Source of the DNA: Zancudomyces culisetae HAW-14-8
Lineage: Eukaryota > Fungi > Kickxellomycota
Length of the DNA stretch: 64,000 bases
Direction: 5' to 3'
NCBI GenBank assembly: GCA_052426225.1
Contig: JBNJNM010000022.1
Span: 124,001-188,000, forward strand
Numbering within the stretch: the stretch's first letter is position 1; the number at the start of each line of letters is the position of its first letter. The notes beneath the pieces are model-generated. The model ran no database searches. It was not told where the DNA came from and saw only the letters and a list, made by a program, of their open reading frames with translations. The translations under genes and the position numbers were made by a program. Positions 1 through 11,915 of the stretch are shown piece by piece.

Positions 1-3000
1 TCTCAAATCTCTTGAATTTTCTCCCTTTACTGTAATGATCTTGTTTATTATCAATTTTGAAAATATTACTTTATTTGCCGATGTAATAATTCCACAAATT
101 CCATTCATTATTGCACCACACCACTTTTACCACCTCTATACTACTTTCAAGTTTCTATGCCTGTTTTTTTTGTACTAATTTTATATTTCTACTAGACGGG
201 CGAATCTATCCTTTGAATATTTAAATGTTATTTCTAAGTTTTGCCGATATGTCTGAGGTTTATTCCTTTATCGATTTAATTTCAGATTGTTTACTTCTTT
301 CATTTACACCCTTATTGATTTCGTTGATGTATTTGCATTTTACAAAATTCTGTTTATTTGATTCAAGTGCTGATGCAGTATTGCAGTTCCCCCCCAGATT
401 AAGTAAAAAAAACCCCCCACTAACTTTGTCGATCCAGGTAGATGTTTTCTTTTGTTAGAGAATACCCCCCATTCAGCAAATTTCCAAATGAATTCCTTGC
501 CTTTTTCCCCTCTTTGAAAGGATCAGTGGTGTTTTTCAATGTTACTAGGGAAATGTGATCCACTATACTCACTTAAATAATAAACAAATTATGATTGTAG
601 TATGTTTCAATAATCTAATCGTTAATGATTGTTAAATTGGTATCATAAGCGTATCGAGTATTCTCTAATTGCCTTTTGTTTTTTTTACGAATCGCTGACA
701 AAGTATCTAGTTTGTGCAGAAGAAATTAATCACTGATAATTGACAAGCAACAAGTGAACAAAAACAAAAAAAAAAATTTTTTCTCTTGCAGTTTCTAACC
801 CAATTACCACATCTCTTGTGTTGATATTGTATCTGGATTGTTTTGTTTTATTTTGCTCCTTAGCTCCAAACCTAACAATTATTACCCCCCCCCCCCCCCC
901 TTCTCGCAAATTATTTGTGATTCTTAAGAATGCTGAGCTGAAAAGAAGTTAAACTTTTTAGATGTTCTTCCAGTAAAATGAACATCAACTGATCTAATTA
1001 TAAAATAATAGATAGCTAAAATTCGGGAACTTCATTTTTCAGACTATATCCAAATAGTCTACGGGCATTGTACATAGCACCGTACTGCTTATTTGCCTTT
1101 TCTTGATTAAAAATTTAGGATTCCCCCTGTCAGTTGGACACAGTACATCTAGCATTAAAATAGTTTTAAAAAAACATATATACTACCACGATAACGCTAC
1201 CATGAGAGCTTGCTCACAGTTCCGTGGTGTATGTATGCCATGTATTGATGTATTCATCTCGATCCACCTTTTTAGGAGTTTATATCATCAATTAATCCTG
1301 GTATCCTTTTTCTCGTATCAAGAAAAAAAATTTTTTATAACCGAATTTTCAGCTAAATCAGAAAACATAAAATTAAATTTGGTTCAATAAAACTATTATT
1401 ATATTTCCCCATAATTACTACGTATAGCCTAATTTTTGCATCGTTGCGCGTTCCGTGTAAACTGAATATATTTAAAAATAGGAAATTCTCCTCATTTATT
1501 TTTTCTAATCAACATAGACACTTGGGAAGGAAGCTGGTTTGAAAAGATCTAGGTTCGGCGGAGCGATCTGCTGTTTCTGGCTCTTTTCTTTGCACTTTCT
1601 TTCTGTTCATGGCATTTATAAAACAAGAGGCATCTTTGTGGCTTTTCTTTCTCGACCTCCGCAAGGTGGGAGAGATTTGATTTGCCAATTGATTGTGGTG
1701 TAAAGCTCTTTTAGTCGGCCATGGGTGTTTTAGATAAATCTTGTTGATAGAAGAATTCTCCAACTCTGGGTTGCAAGACCTAGGGACGGATTGAGTTTTT
1801 TTATCCGAGGCGCCATATATTCCTTGTTCTCTGTTGAGAAAAAGAAGGGGAGAAATCCCCTCATTCTTTGACGACTATGTCGTCCTGATACTTGAGATAA
1901 ACCATATGGCTGTCATTTCACTTTATAAAAATAATAAAAAAATTAATTAAAATTGTGGCGGTGGTGAACCGACTGGGTGGAGTTTAGGCTGATTGTCTGT
2001 GTGCCTTGGATGGACTTTCGGGCACTGTTCTCTGCCTTTTCGCTTGACATCTGTCATTGATTTGTTGCTACGTTGAGAGTTGAGTTTGTGAGCTTTAGAA
2101 TAGCTCGCGTATAAAATTTTTGTTGGTAAGAGTAGTGTAACTGGTGAGGAAGGAAGGGGTGATTACTCTTTGTAAACTGGCGACATATAGCTATTCCAAA
2201 CACAGTGTCCTGCTTTGATCAACGCTCTAGCGTTTTCTATATAGCAAACGCTTTCACTCCGACTACTTTTTGTTATAATTAGCAAAGTGAGCACTTCCCC
2301 GTTAAAACACATACAAACCGACGTTGTGGTAAGAAAAGGCGGGGAGATAATATATGCATCCGGAGCTGATTTTCAGTGGTTATATATACGTGAGTAGACC
2401 CAGAAGAAGAGGATGTGTGGTGTAAGATGGAGAGTATACTCTAGGCTATCACTGTCAATTGAAAGTCAGCTTTAATAAAATAGCCGTAGCTTACGTGGAG
2501 AAAAATGCCTATGGCACTTTACCATTTATATGTATGTGATTCAATAGTTCTACCCACAAAACATATCATCACTGGTACTTAGAGTACAGAAATTACCGAT
2601 TCAAATGTCCAGAGCCTTTTCTAATATATATATGTTTTTTTTTCAATTCTCCATAAATCAGAAATTAATATTTTTTTTGACAAATGCGTCTTGATTCTGA
2701 GGGGGAGGGGAAGGTATTTTTACGCAGGATATATAATAAAAATTCTATTTGTAGCTAGAGAAAACTGCAATACCATCCAACAACTCTCCTGATTCATTAA
2801 ATTTAAAAAGTGCAATTAAAAAGCTAAAGCCTAATTTAGTTGGGGTAGAGCCTCGTGTGTATTTTGATACCTGGGGTAGCTCTAGATTCTCATTCAATGT
2901 TTAATACAAAGAATCCTGTGATTTTTTTATCGAACGTTTCACCAATGTTTAGAGCACATAAACGTTGGTAATATATTCTAAAACACTATTTTGCATATAA

Positions 3001-3214
3001 ATATATCACGCCCCTCCACGAACTCTGCGATTCTTAAACGCATATGCCTACATACATTCTTGAGTCTTAAAAGTAAAAAAAATAGAACAAACCAAAATAT
3101 CAAAAAAAAAAAAGAGAACATTTTTTCCAAAACAACATAACAAACTGTGGCTTTATAATCTAAATCAGCACTCTTCACAGATATACTGTATATCCTACAG
3201 CTTATTTAAAAAGC

Positions 3215-4165
3215 ATGAGAAAAGTAAGTTATGTGACTAAATTAGGGTTTGTGGCCCTATTTGCACTTTTTGTAACCTCATCCGTAAACGCCGAGGCTGG
3301 TGTGCAAAATAAAGATCAAAATACCGGAAACCTTGACAGCATACTCGACCCGAATAATAAGAACGCCTTAAAAAGTAGTGCAAATTTGAACAGGCTACTA
3401 AACGAAGCAAACTCGATGTTGAGGGAAATAAAATACATCCTGAGCGGAAACACAAATGGAGATAGCGATTTAAAGGCAACTACCGCCGATAAATCCAAGG
3501 GAAATGGTAATATTCAAAAAAATAAGGCTCAAAAGGCTAAAAGTTCAGATACACAGGGGGCAACTTTTTCCCGAAAAATCTCGGAGAGTAGTATAGTTGC
3601 CTCACCATCGCATAAATCAAAGGCCCCCACTACTAGCTCGCAAATACGATTAATTACCAATTCCCGAGTTAACACACAAGCCGCGTTAGGTACTCCAGCT
3701 ACCCATAAAGGAAAAGTTACAAAAATTGTACCTGAGCCGAATATACAAACAGCTATTACCTCGCAGATAACTCCTGAAATAAGCTCGATGAATCCATTAG
3801 CTCTTAAAGAAAAGGCTATAAAGGCTGTCACCAGTTCAAATATCCAGATAACTGCTGATATTCCAGTAGCTACAAAAAGTACAGCAACTGCCTCTGTAAA
3901 CCGAAAAGACACAAATAGAAAAGAAGTGCATCAAATGCTCATTACTACAGCTACCTCTTCAACTTCAAGCAGATCCATCCCGAGAGCTTTAGCAATAGGC
4001 ACAGCAGTAGGTGGTAAAAGGTCTGGACCTTCACTATCGATACCAGCGCTAACTTCCATAACCTTGTCGACATCAGAAGTATCTGCACCACTATCCTCAT
4101 CAGGAACAAGGAACGGTTCCAAAATGTTCATTATTTGCTTTATCCTGGTATGGCGTTTATTTTAA
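3215..4165 (+). CDS. Secreted Ser/Thr-rich, probably GPI-anchored or C-terminally membrane-tethered cell-surface protein (316 aa, single exon)
   Basis: N-terminal signal-like segment (MRKVSYVTKLGFVALFALFVTSSVNA), S/T/A-rich low-complexity body, and small residues (SSSG..NG) followed by a hydrophobic tail MFIICFILVWRLF. Confidence 0.75.
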   Translation: MRKVSYVTKLGFVALFALFVTSSVNAEAGVQNKDQNTGNLDSILDPNNKNALKSSANLNRLLNEANSMLREIKYILSGNTNGDSDLKATTADKSKGNGNIQKNKAQKAKSSDTQGATFSRKISESSIVASPSHKSKAPTTSSQIRLITNSRVNTQAALGTPATHKGKVTKIVPEPNIQTAITSQITPEISSMNPLALKEKAIKAVTSSNIQITADIPVATKSTATASVNRKDTNRKEVHQMLITTATSSTSSRSIPRALAIGTAVGGKRSGPSLSIPALTSITLSTSEVSAPLSSSGTRNGSKMFIICFILVWRLF

Positions 4166-4647
4166 GTAGATTTCCATGCTAAAGCACAGCTTTTTAATGT
4201 TGTATAGTCTCTCAGTTATATTGTTGAGCCATGTTCTTTTTTTCTTTTTCAAAATTACAATTATCAGGGCCATGTGCTGACATACTCTATAAATTTAGAA
4301 TTAGCCTTAATTATAATATTAGTTACTATAGCTTACAAGACTAGTTATAACGTCTATACTAATAATCAGTTTACCAATAAAACCCTTGAGGCCAATACAC
4401 TACAAGGCATTTCTGTTAGTGAACTAGCTGCAAAACTCATTAATTAACTACCCACTACATGATGCTAAAGACCAAACTGTTGTAAATATCCGGCTCTCAA
4501 ACCATAGAATATGGCTTTCAATGCTCATCTGGGTTTGTTTACTCGATTTGGTGGCCTTTTAACTTTGATTAATGTACGAGAATAAGACATTATCTCCAAT
4601 GGGTACTACCCATAGTGAGAGTATACAAATGAGTAAAACAGGGTGCC

Positions 4648-5491
4648 TTAACAACAAAAATAACAGCGTGACTCATTCAACGAAAAAAGACTTCTCCTTT
4701 CATTAATAAAATAAATTGTATTTTTCAAGAGCAGGATCAGCTTTTTTAGTTCTGTTGGGTCAACTTTTAAATTCCCTATGCTCAAAACCAATATATCTGG
4801 TAGCGAAAACAGGGAAACTACCCGGTCCCTTGTCGCGTTTGAAAGAATTGCAAGATCCTCTGTGGATGAAAGATCGATTGGTAGACCTGAAGAGCTGTTG
4901 TGTACATCTCTATTATTTGCAGAATACATTCCACCAGCTTCACCTATATTACATATAGATAAAACTTGTAGTGACCAGTCTTAATGAATTGAGCAATATA
5001 AATTTAGGCAGTTGTAACCCTATTTCCCAATAAATAGAATTACCATCCATAGTATAAAAATGGTCCTGTGCTCTGAAAATATTTAATTCACGATTATTTT
5101 CAAATACATCTATATACTCGTTCTTATAGAATAAATTCCAGCTCGATAAGAGTGCCGCCAGATGATCAAAAGAGGGTGGGACTTCGATTTTCAATAATTG
5201 ATCAGAAGCGATTCTTTCCAATTCACCTAGCGAGTGTACGTTTTCATTTTCCTTTAAATCTCCCAAGGTATCTGCACTCCCCCTCAAACTAATTACAGCT
5301 ATCCGGAGACTTTTTTCGTCTAAATTCGACTGTTCGATGAGAGACTCTTCCAAACTTGCAAACCATATTAATTCATTTTTGAACGTACATGTTAGTACAA
5401 GCACAGTTTAATATATTTAAAGAGCTTTAAATACTTACGTCTGCTTTACATTTTTTGCGGAAAATATAATCCTGGATTCAATCTCATTCAT
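4648..5491 (-). pseudogene. Hypothetical spliced gene or decaying pseudogene
   Basis: ATG at 5491 (MNEIESRIIFSAKNVKQT). A GTAAGT donor at 5438, a TACTAAC branch at ~5391-5397 and an AAG acceptor at ~5355 join it in frame to ORF 4949-5404. The next ORF (4648-4929) is in another frame with no phase-compatible donor found, and coding-like text with stops continues below 4648. Confidence 0.4.
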
Positions 5492-6026
5492 TTGTATGTA
5501 CTATTTAAATATATACTAAAAAGGTAAATGTTGGAGAATAAAGTTGAAATTAAAACATCATGGATAACTATTAACCACTAAATTCCCATAATTTTCTCCG
5601 AACCAAAACCAAAATAACCAATCTTTTTTTTAGGCAAATGCGTAACTTTTGGCAGCTGAAAAAGTCAATACATTTATCTTGTGAAAAAAATAATCGCATA
5701 AAAGGATAACCTCCATTCAAATAGATTCGCCTCTTTATTATAGAGCGTAAAATATGTAGAATTGCACTCAAAAACCTACATGACAACTATATAAAACTAA
5801 AGTACCTTTCTAATTTCTCTATACCCATTTATTTTTAAAGTAAAAATATATAAAAGCCAATTCATAAAATGGGAGTTCAAGCTTGTAAGCGATAAAAACA
5901 TTCTAATACTCTAGAGTTTAATATATAAAGGGTTGTTCTAAGGTGGCACTTGGCATCCTATTCCGTTTATAAATAGAACGAGTATGCTCACCCTTCTCTG
6001 TTTGTAAGTCTAGCTGGTGCTACAAT

Positions 6027-7601
6027 CTATTTTGCAGAGGCGCTAATTTGTACACTTATGTTGCTTGTTCGGCTACTATAGTATTCGGTGGTTGAAGCTG
6101 GAGCTGGAGTCAGAGCTGGGGATGGAGTTGAAAACAGAGATGGAACTGGTGTTGGAATCAAACTTGCAGCTGGTGTTGAGTAGTATTCATTGGAGTCACT
6201 CTCCACTTGCGTTTGGTACTCACTGTTGCTTGAATAGCTTTGATAATTCGAATATTTTCTATAGCTGGGGTATTTCCTGTAATTGGAATAATTTCTATAG
6301 CTGGGATTTTTTCTGTAACCAGAATAGTTTTTATAGCTGGAATACTTTCCATAACCGGGGCTCTTTCTATAACCGAGGCTCTTTCTATAACCGAGGCTCT
6401 TTCTATAACCGAGGTTCTTTCTATAACCGAGGTTCTTTCTATAACCGAGGTTCTTTCTATAACCGAGGTTCTTTCTATAGCTGGGATACTTTCTATAGCA
6501 GGAGTTTTTTCTATACCTTGGATATCCTTTATAGCACGAACATCTTTTACAAATTGGATGTTTTTTATAAGCTGGATATCCTATGTAACAGTTGCAACGG
6601 CAGCATGGCATGACCACCTTCTTAATCTTTGTTACAGTTTCTACAGATCCTCCAGTGGTTACTGTCACAGTCTCATGCTCTGGGTTTTCTGTAGTAACTG
6701 CTGTTGTTATTAAAGTGTTAGTTGTTGATGTTACCAAAGTCGATGTTACCAGCGTTGAAGTCATTATTGTTGATGTTACAAGCGTTGAAGTTTGTATTGT
6801 TGAGGTAGTTATTATTGATGTTATGACCGTTGAAGTTGTAATTGGTGACGTTACAATTGTTGATGTCACTTGCGTTAAAGTTGTAACCGTCGAGGTTAAA
6901 GTTGGCGATGTTACTATTGTTGAGGTTACAACTGTTGAAGTTGTAATTGGTGACGTTACAATCGTTGAAGTTGTTATCAGTGATGTTAGTACTGTAGATG
7001 TTGTCACTATTGAAGTGTTTATTATTGAGGTTGTGGTAATCGAGGTCACAGTTGGTGACGTTACTATGGTTGACGTCACAACTGTTGAAGTTGTGATTGT
7101 TGAAGTTGTAGTTGGTGAAGTTATTACAGTTGAAGTTGTAGTCGTCAGCGTTGTAGTTGGTGAAGTTACCAGTGTTGAAGTTGTCATTGTTGATGTTACT
7201 GTTACATCAGTAACAGTGGTTGTTGTGACAAGTGTAGATGTTGTTATTGTAGATGTGACAAGTGTAGACATTGTTGTTATTGTCGTAGTAGTAGTTGGCG
7301 TTACAGTGACTCTTATTGTTATAATAGGTGGTGTAATTGAGACCTTCGTTTCTTCAGTGGTCGCACCTGCCTGCTTTAGCTCAGGTAACTGATCTTTTAA
7401 GTCTTCATTCCAAATGTAATCATTATTTTGGTCTAAATTTGCATTAAACTTGTCGATACCATCACCTACATTTTTAACCTCATTTTGCATAGCACTACCA
7501 ATATCTTTTTGTAAATCCTCATAGGCAGTTGCACCTTGAAAGGCAAACAAAATAAAAGCGAGCGTTTGTAACGCTATAGTTATACAGTTTATTTTTTTCA
7601 T
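6027..7601 (-). CDS. Secreted Thr-rich (mucin/flocculin-like) protein with Cys cluster and Tyr/Arg/Lys hexapeptide repeats (524 aa)
   Basis: Signal peptide MKKINCITIALQTLAFILFAFQGATA, then ~220 aa of VTST/TTST-type repeats, then CCRCNC...CKRCSC, then repeated YRKNLG/YRKSLG/YRKYPS units and a Pro/Ser/Thr tail without a hydrophobic anchor. Confidence 0.85.
   Translation of the reverse strand: MKKINCITIALQTLAFILFAFQGATAYEDLQKDIGSAMQNEVKNVGDGIDKFNANLDQNNDYIWNEDLKDQLPELKQAGATTEETKVSITPPIITIRVTVTPTTTTTITTMSTLVTSTITTSTLVTTTTVTDVTVTSTMTTSTLVTSPTTTLTTTTSTVITSPTTTSTITTSTVVTSTIVTSPTVTSITTTSIINTSIVTTSTVLTSLITTSTIVTSPITTSTVVTSTIVTSPTLTSTVTTLTQVTSTIVTSPITTSTVITSIITTSTIQTSTLVTSTIMTSTLVTSTLVTSTTNTLITTAVTTENPEHETVTVTTGGSVETVTKIKKVVMPCCRCNCYIGYPAYKKHPICKRCSCYKGYPRYRKNSCYRKYPSYRKNLGYRKNLGYRKNLGYRKNLGYRKSLGYRKSLGYRKSPGYGKYSSYKNYSGYRKNPSYRNYSNYRKYPSYRKYSNYQSYSSNSEYQTQVESDSNEYYSTPAASLIPTPVPSLFSTPSPALTPAPASTTEYYSSRTSNISVQISASAK
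6345..6480 (-). repeat. 18-nt coding tandem repeat (ctttctataaccgagg(t/c)t on +) encoding YRK(N/S)LG
   Basis: About 7 near-identical consecutive 18-mers, with degenerate flanking units extending over roughly 6240-6530. Confidence 0.9.
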
Positions 7602-8539
7602 TTTTGTTTACTCTGCAGTTCAGCGTACTCAATTATGAAGATGCTTATCTAAATCTATTACGATTGTTTATATAAATTGTTTTATCTACTATACTTCAAT
7701 ATAAGAAAATAATACCAGAGTTGGTTTAAGAAAAATTTTGAACCCGGATTTTATGGTAAAATGTATTGCTATTTAAATTACTCAACCAAAAACATTTTAT
7801 TTAGATATAAAGCTTTATAGTATAGTTATGGCTACCCAAAGTGCTCGATTTAACTTATTTTATAACAAATGGCATACAAGCAGGAATTCTATCGTCTCTT
7901 GCAGATCCAAAGTTCAAAAAATAACTACAAAGAATTAACACCTAGTAGCAAAATATACTAGAAATTGATGTGTTTTAATATTTATGCTCCATAGAGCACG
8001 GTTTAAAAATGTTGATACTTCTGGAAAAGCTGTAAAACATAATGTGTTGCCCATTAAGTCTTTACTGTAGCTGAAATATTCTTTAATATATAATAATTAT
8101 AGCCCAGCTCTGGATTACTATACTAAAGAGTTAGTATTAAAATAAACATATTATAGGATATCAAATTTTTTGTTCAAATTTAGTTTAATACGAAAGAGTT
8201 CGGCCTGGAACATTCTTTCTGGACATTTGGATATGATCACCAAACCAAATGGAAGAGGTTGCTTTCTATACAAGAAAAATACTTGATCAGCAAAAAATAT
8301 GGTTTAATTAGAGCTAGAATTTCAGGATTGAAATTAACAATATTATAATTTCTTCTGAGTTATAATTTCTTAATTATATTCTGGATCTAGCCTTTAAATT
8401 GTATTGTTAAATTCGCTAAAAACCAGTTGATCTGCGCAACCAACAAACATAAAAGGTCATTGTATGATAACTAATTAAAATCCATGTAGTTTACAGATAA
8501 TGAATAGAGTATGCAAAATAAAAAAAAATAAACATGCAA

Positions 8540-11474
8540 CTAAAATATCTTTTCAATATCTAACAGGCGAGTAACCTTTTCGTGCTTGAAACTAATTCTC
8601 GCAATATACATATATGCTACCCCACCATCACACTCGCCCCCACTCCCACTCCCACTCCCAGTGCTCACATCCTCTCTTTTTGGCTTGATACTGACATTTA
8701 TATCGCCAAATTCCTCAAATTCCACTGCATTATCCCCTATTCTTCGATCACTCAAAAACTCAAGTTCCCACCCGTTCTCTAACACTTTGCATATCTGCTC
8801 TACATCCAACTTTATCTGCGTCTTGATTTTGTGATCATCGCTATTATTTGCATCGCCATTCCTAAAACTTGCAGTCACCTGGCTCTTTTGACTTGCCGTG
8901 CTGCCCCGAAGTCGTTGTAGCGATGCATTGGCCTTATCAATACTTTGTAGTAACTCAACTACCATGTTCCAACAGTATCGTGAAAACAATACTATTGCTT
9001 CTTGCAGCACCCTGATTCCCACCCCCAAAGGTATCTTTAAACTTTCATTTTGATTTTCATGCCCACAGCCTTCTGCATACACCGATGGTTTATATTTACT
9101 CTCGTTATGGCTGTCGCTATTCATTAAATAAAACGCTGGTTGTTCAAGTAATAGCCCGACTGGTGCAAACAATGTGTCAATATACGAACTGTAGCTAGTA
9201 GGCGCCTTTCGATTTGTGTATCTATATTGTGAAGGAATCTGTCTGATTACTAAAAAGTTGGTTATCAGCCTTAAACACGTGAGCTTATGTAAAATCTCGA
9301 CACACTGCTCAAATTCTTTATCAATGAGACCATCCACATGTGATATTATATCCTGACAAATTATTTGTGCACGTTCTCCTCTACCTTCATCTACACTATC
9401 ACTATAGTTTTCTACTACAGCTTTCTCTATTCTATCCTTAAAAAATCTATTAAAATACTCGCGTAATAAACACAACTGGGACAGTATTTTCATCACGTCG
9501 TCTGTAATCACATTCCCAATTGGTGTGTTTTTTGACATTTTACTCGCTCGACTCTTTGCTTGGGCTGTACTGTTTGAAGATTTCAATGTTGTTGCTGACA
9601 AAGTACCCGCCAATTTACTCACACTTGTCTCACTACCCGAGTCAAATACAGAAAGTTGTTCAACTTCATCCTTGATTTTCTGTGCATTTAACACACCCCT
9701 ACAATCCTTTACGTAGTGTGTAATTATCTGTAGTGTAAGTTTAATATATTTGTGCAAAAGCGGTTTTAGCAGTCCTGACATATCCCAACACCTATTCAAA
9801 CATTCAATCACATGATACACACTGTTTCCGTCGCCTACAATGCTTATGTTTGTATAATAATAATCCACTACCACTTTAAGTTTTATTGCAAAATATGCCG
9901 ATAGATGCCATTTTTGCCACCATTTTTTATACCCCTCGCTTTCAACCAACATCTTTGCCCGCTCACTCTCAACACATATTTCTTTTTGAAATCTCTCTGC
10001 AAATCGTTCAGCCAATGAATAGTTGGCTTGAAATTTTGATGGCATTCCTGGGATAAATAACGTCGGCATGTTTTGTTCAGTTTGTGTCGCGAACTCCACC
10101 CATCCTGAGTTGGATGCAAAATCTATCTTTGCCCTGCTCATTCTTTCAACCACTATTCTCTGCAGCGGCTCAACATATTTCTTTAGCGCTTCAATAATTT
10201 TATCCAACATTGCTTCAAATCGTTGTGGATCAACAGCTATCTCCCCCTTCTTGATCCCTACTATCTCCATAGCCTTACTGATCCGCGATCGAAGTAATAT
10301 TCTGCTAACAATCTGCTCTGCAAAATCCGTCCGCTCAGTTATACAATATATCCATATTATCTGCTCTATCTCGTCTTGGATATCCTGTCCTGCTTTAATT
10401 GCCTTGTTTGTGTTACCATTATCATCTACAATCTCTGCCCACTTCTTAACTACCTGCTCAAACATTTTATTGATTTTATCAAAAAATCTTGCCGAAATTT
10501 CCTCAACTCTCTATTGTAAAATTATTCATATAATCATCCAAGTTCATTACTATACCAACCTTAGACCACTCTCTCTTTACCAGTTTTAAAATGAACCAAC
10601 TACAAAAATAGAAATAGCTGTAAAATCACATACCCCTGATGCTTCAATCATATATGGGGTACTCTCTCCCCTGCCCATTAAATACCTCAGCTTGTTCAAA
10701 TCTGTTGATACTCTCGATAGTCCTTTAATATCCTCTTGTCTATACATTTGTGACACCATATTTTACAAGTTTCGAGTATTTTAAACCCGTATCTTAGCTC
10801 GATACCATAGTTACAACTTGATTCGCTTACAACCAGATATATTTCAAACACAAAAAAACCTACCTCTCGTCTGTCGTATCCACCCTCTCACTCGAGTCCA
10901 AAGCATTTTTGATTCTATTTATCAATCTTTCCACGCTGACATGCGTTACCAGGATTTTCTACCAATATTTTATCCCAATTTAATCAACATCGTTTTCACA
11001 TAAAACCCTTTTAATACGTTTCAACAACATTCAAAGCAGTTCAAACATTTTCTTTCTTGTTTCTCCAACAAAAAATAAACATGTCCACTCTCCGTTCGTT
11101 TCTACTAATAACAATCGAAATTCACCTACCCTAACCGCTTGTATATTTCTCTTGTATTTTATTGTACTTTCAATCTCTAAAATTTCTTTTTGCAAATTCT
11201 CCTCAATACCCTCCACTATTTCAGCAATTTCACCTAGCTTTCTTTCTGAAATCTCGAGTTTCTCTTCAAAGCCCTCTTGCTGGTCATCTGATTTCAAAAA
11301 ATATTGTTCACCATCATATAACTTTTGGTACTCTTCACCTATCAATGCCTCTAGTTTCTTTGTATTGATATCTTTGTATTTTTGTAAATCTTCAATTATT
11401 TGTGACAGTGACTCTTGCTTTTGAAACTGCTCAGTCATATACTTTTGAGCATCAAACTCACTGTATTTTCTCAT
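8540..11474 (-). CDS. COG2: Conserved oligomeric Golgi complex subunit 2 (4 exons: ~11474-11131, 10958-10864, 10739-10634, 10510-8540; start uncertain)
   Basis: N-terminal FDAQKYM...LSQIIEDLQKY...LEALIGEEY resembles the COG2 N domain. WHLSAYF and IPSQYRYTNRKAPTSYSSYIDTLFAP match COG2 C-terminal motifs, followed by DDHKIKTQIKLDVEQ. GT-AG introns join in frame. Confidence 0.85.
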
Positions 11475-11915
11475 TTTTCTTTCCTCACTTCTGTACTCGT
11501 TCTTGTTTTCTCTCGCTGTACTATTATTATCCCCGCCTAAACTTGTACCTCTGAACGCTAAATTAAAAAGGCTAAAAGTTTAGCTGGATTGCTTCCTTGT
11601 TTCATTAAATACAAAAATGAAATGGTGCAAATACCAAAAACTCAAAGAACAGCAATTTTGCTTTCGCTATTATTTTTATCCAATTGTTTTATTGAATGAC
11701 TTTCAAATAATGATTCTCAATAGATTATTTCAGAAAAAAAAATCCACAGATATACACACACATAGGTATGACTTGCTTAAGCAAGAAACGACAAAGATTT
11801 ATAAACAGACGTTATTCTCTAAGCATAAAAGTGGAATAGCATAGTTATCATTATAGCCCAGTATAATGTGTAGATAATTACATACGTAAAAAAAAACTCT
11901 AGTGTTTAACAAAAC

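Noticed and set aside
5431-5440. ATACTTAC strings resembling the U1 snRNA 5' end (also ~27091 and ~29469)
   Set aside because: These are reverse complements of minus-strand GTAAGT splice donors.
6065-7392. Long + strand ORFs (Val-rich 266 aa; FYNRGS and ITEVLS repeats)
   Set aside because: They are antisense shadows of the Thr-rich/YRK repeat gene. Repetitive codons lack stops, and only the minus frame has a real ATG and signal peptide.
10960-11130. Apparent in-frame TGA in COG2 (KKMFELL*MLLK)
   Set aside because: It lies within an ordinary GT-AG intron; splicing AVR to KILVTH restores the frame.
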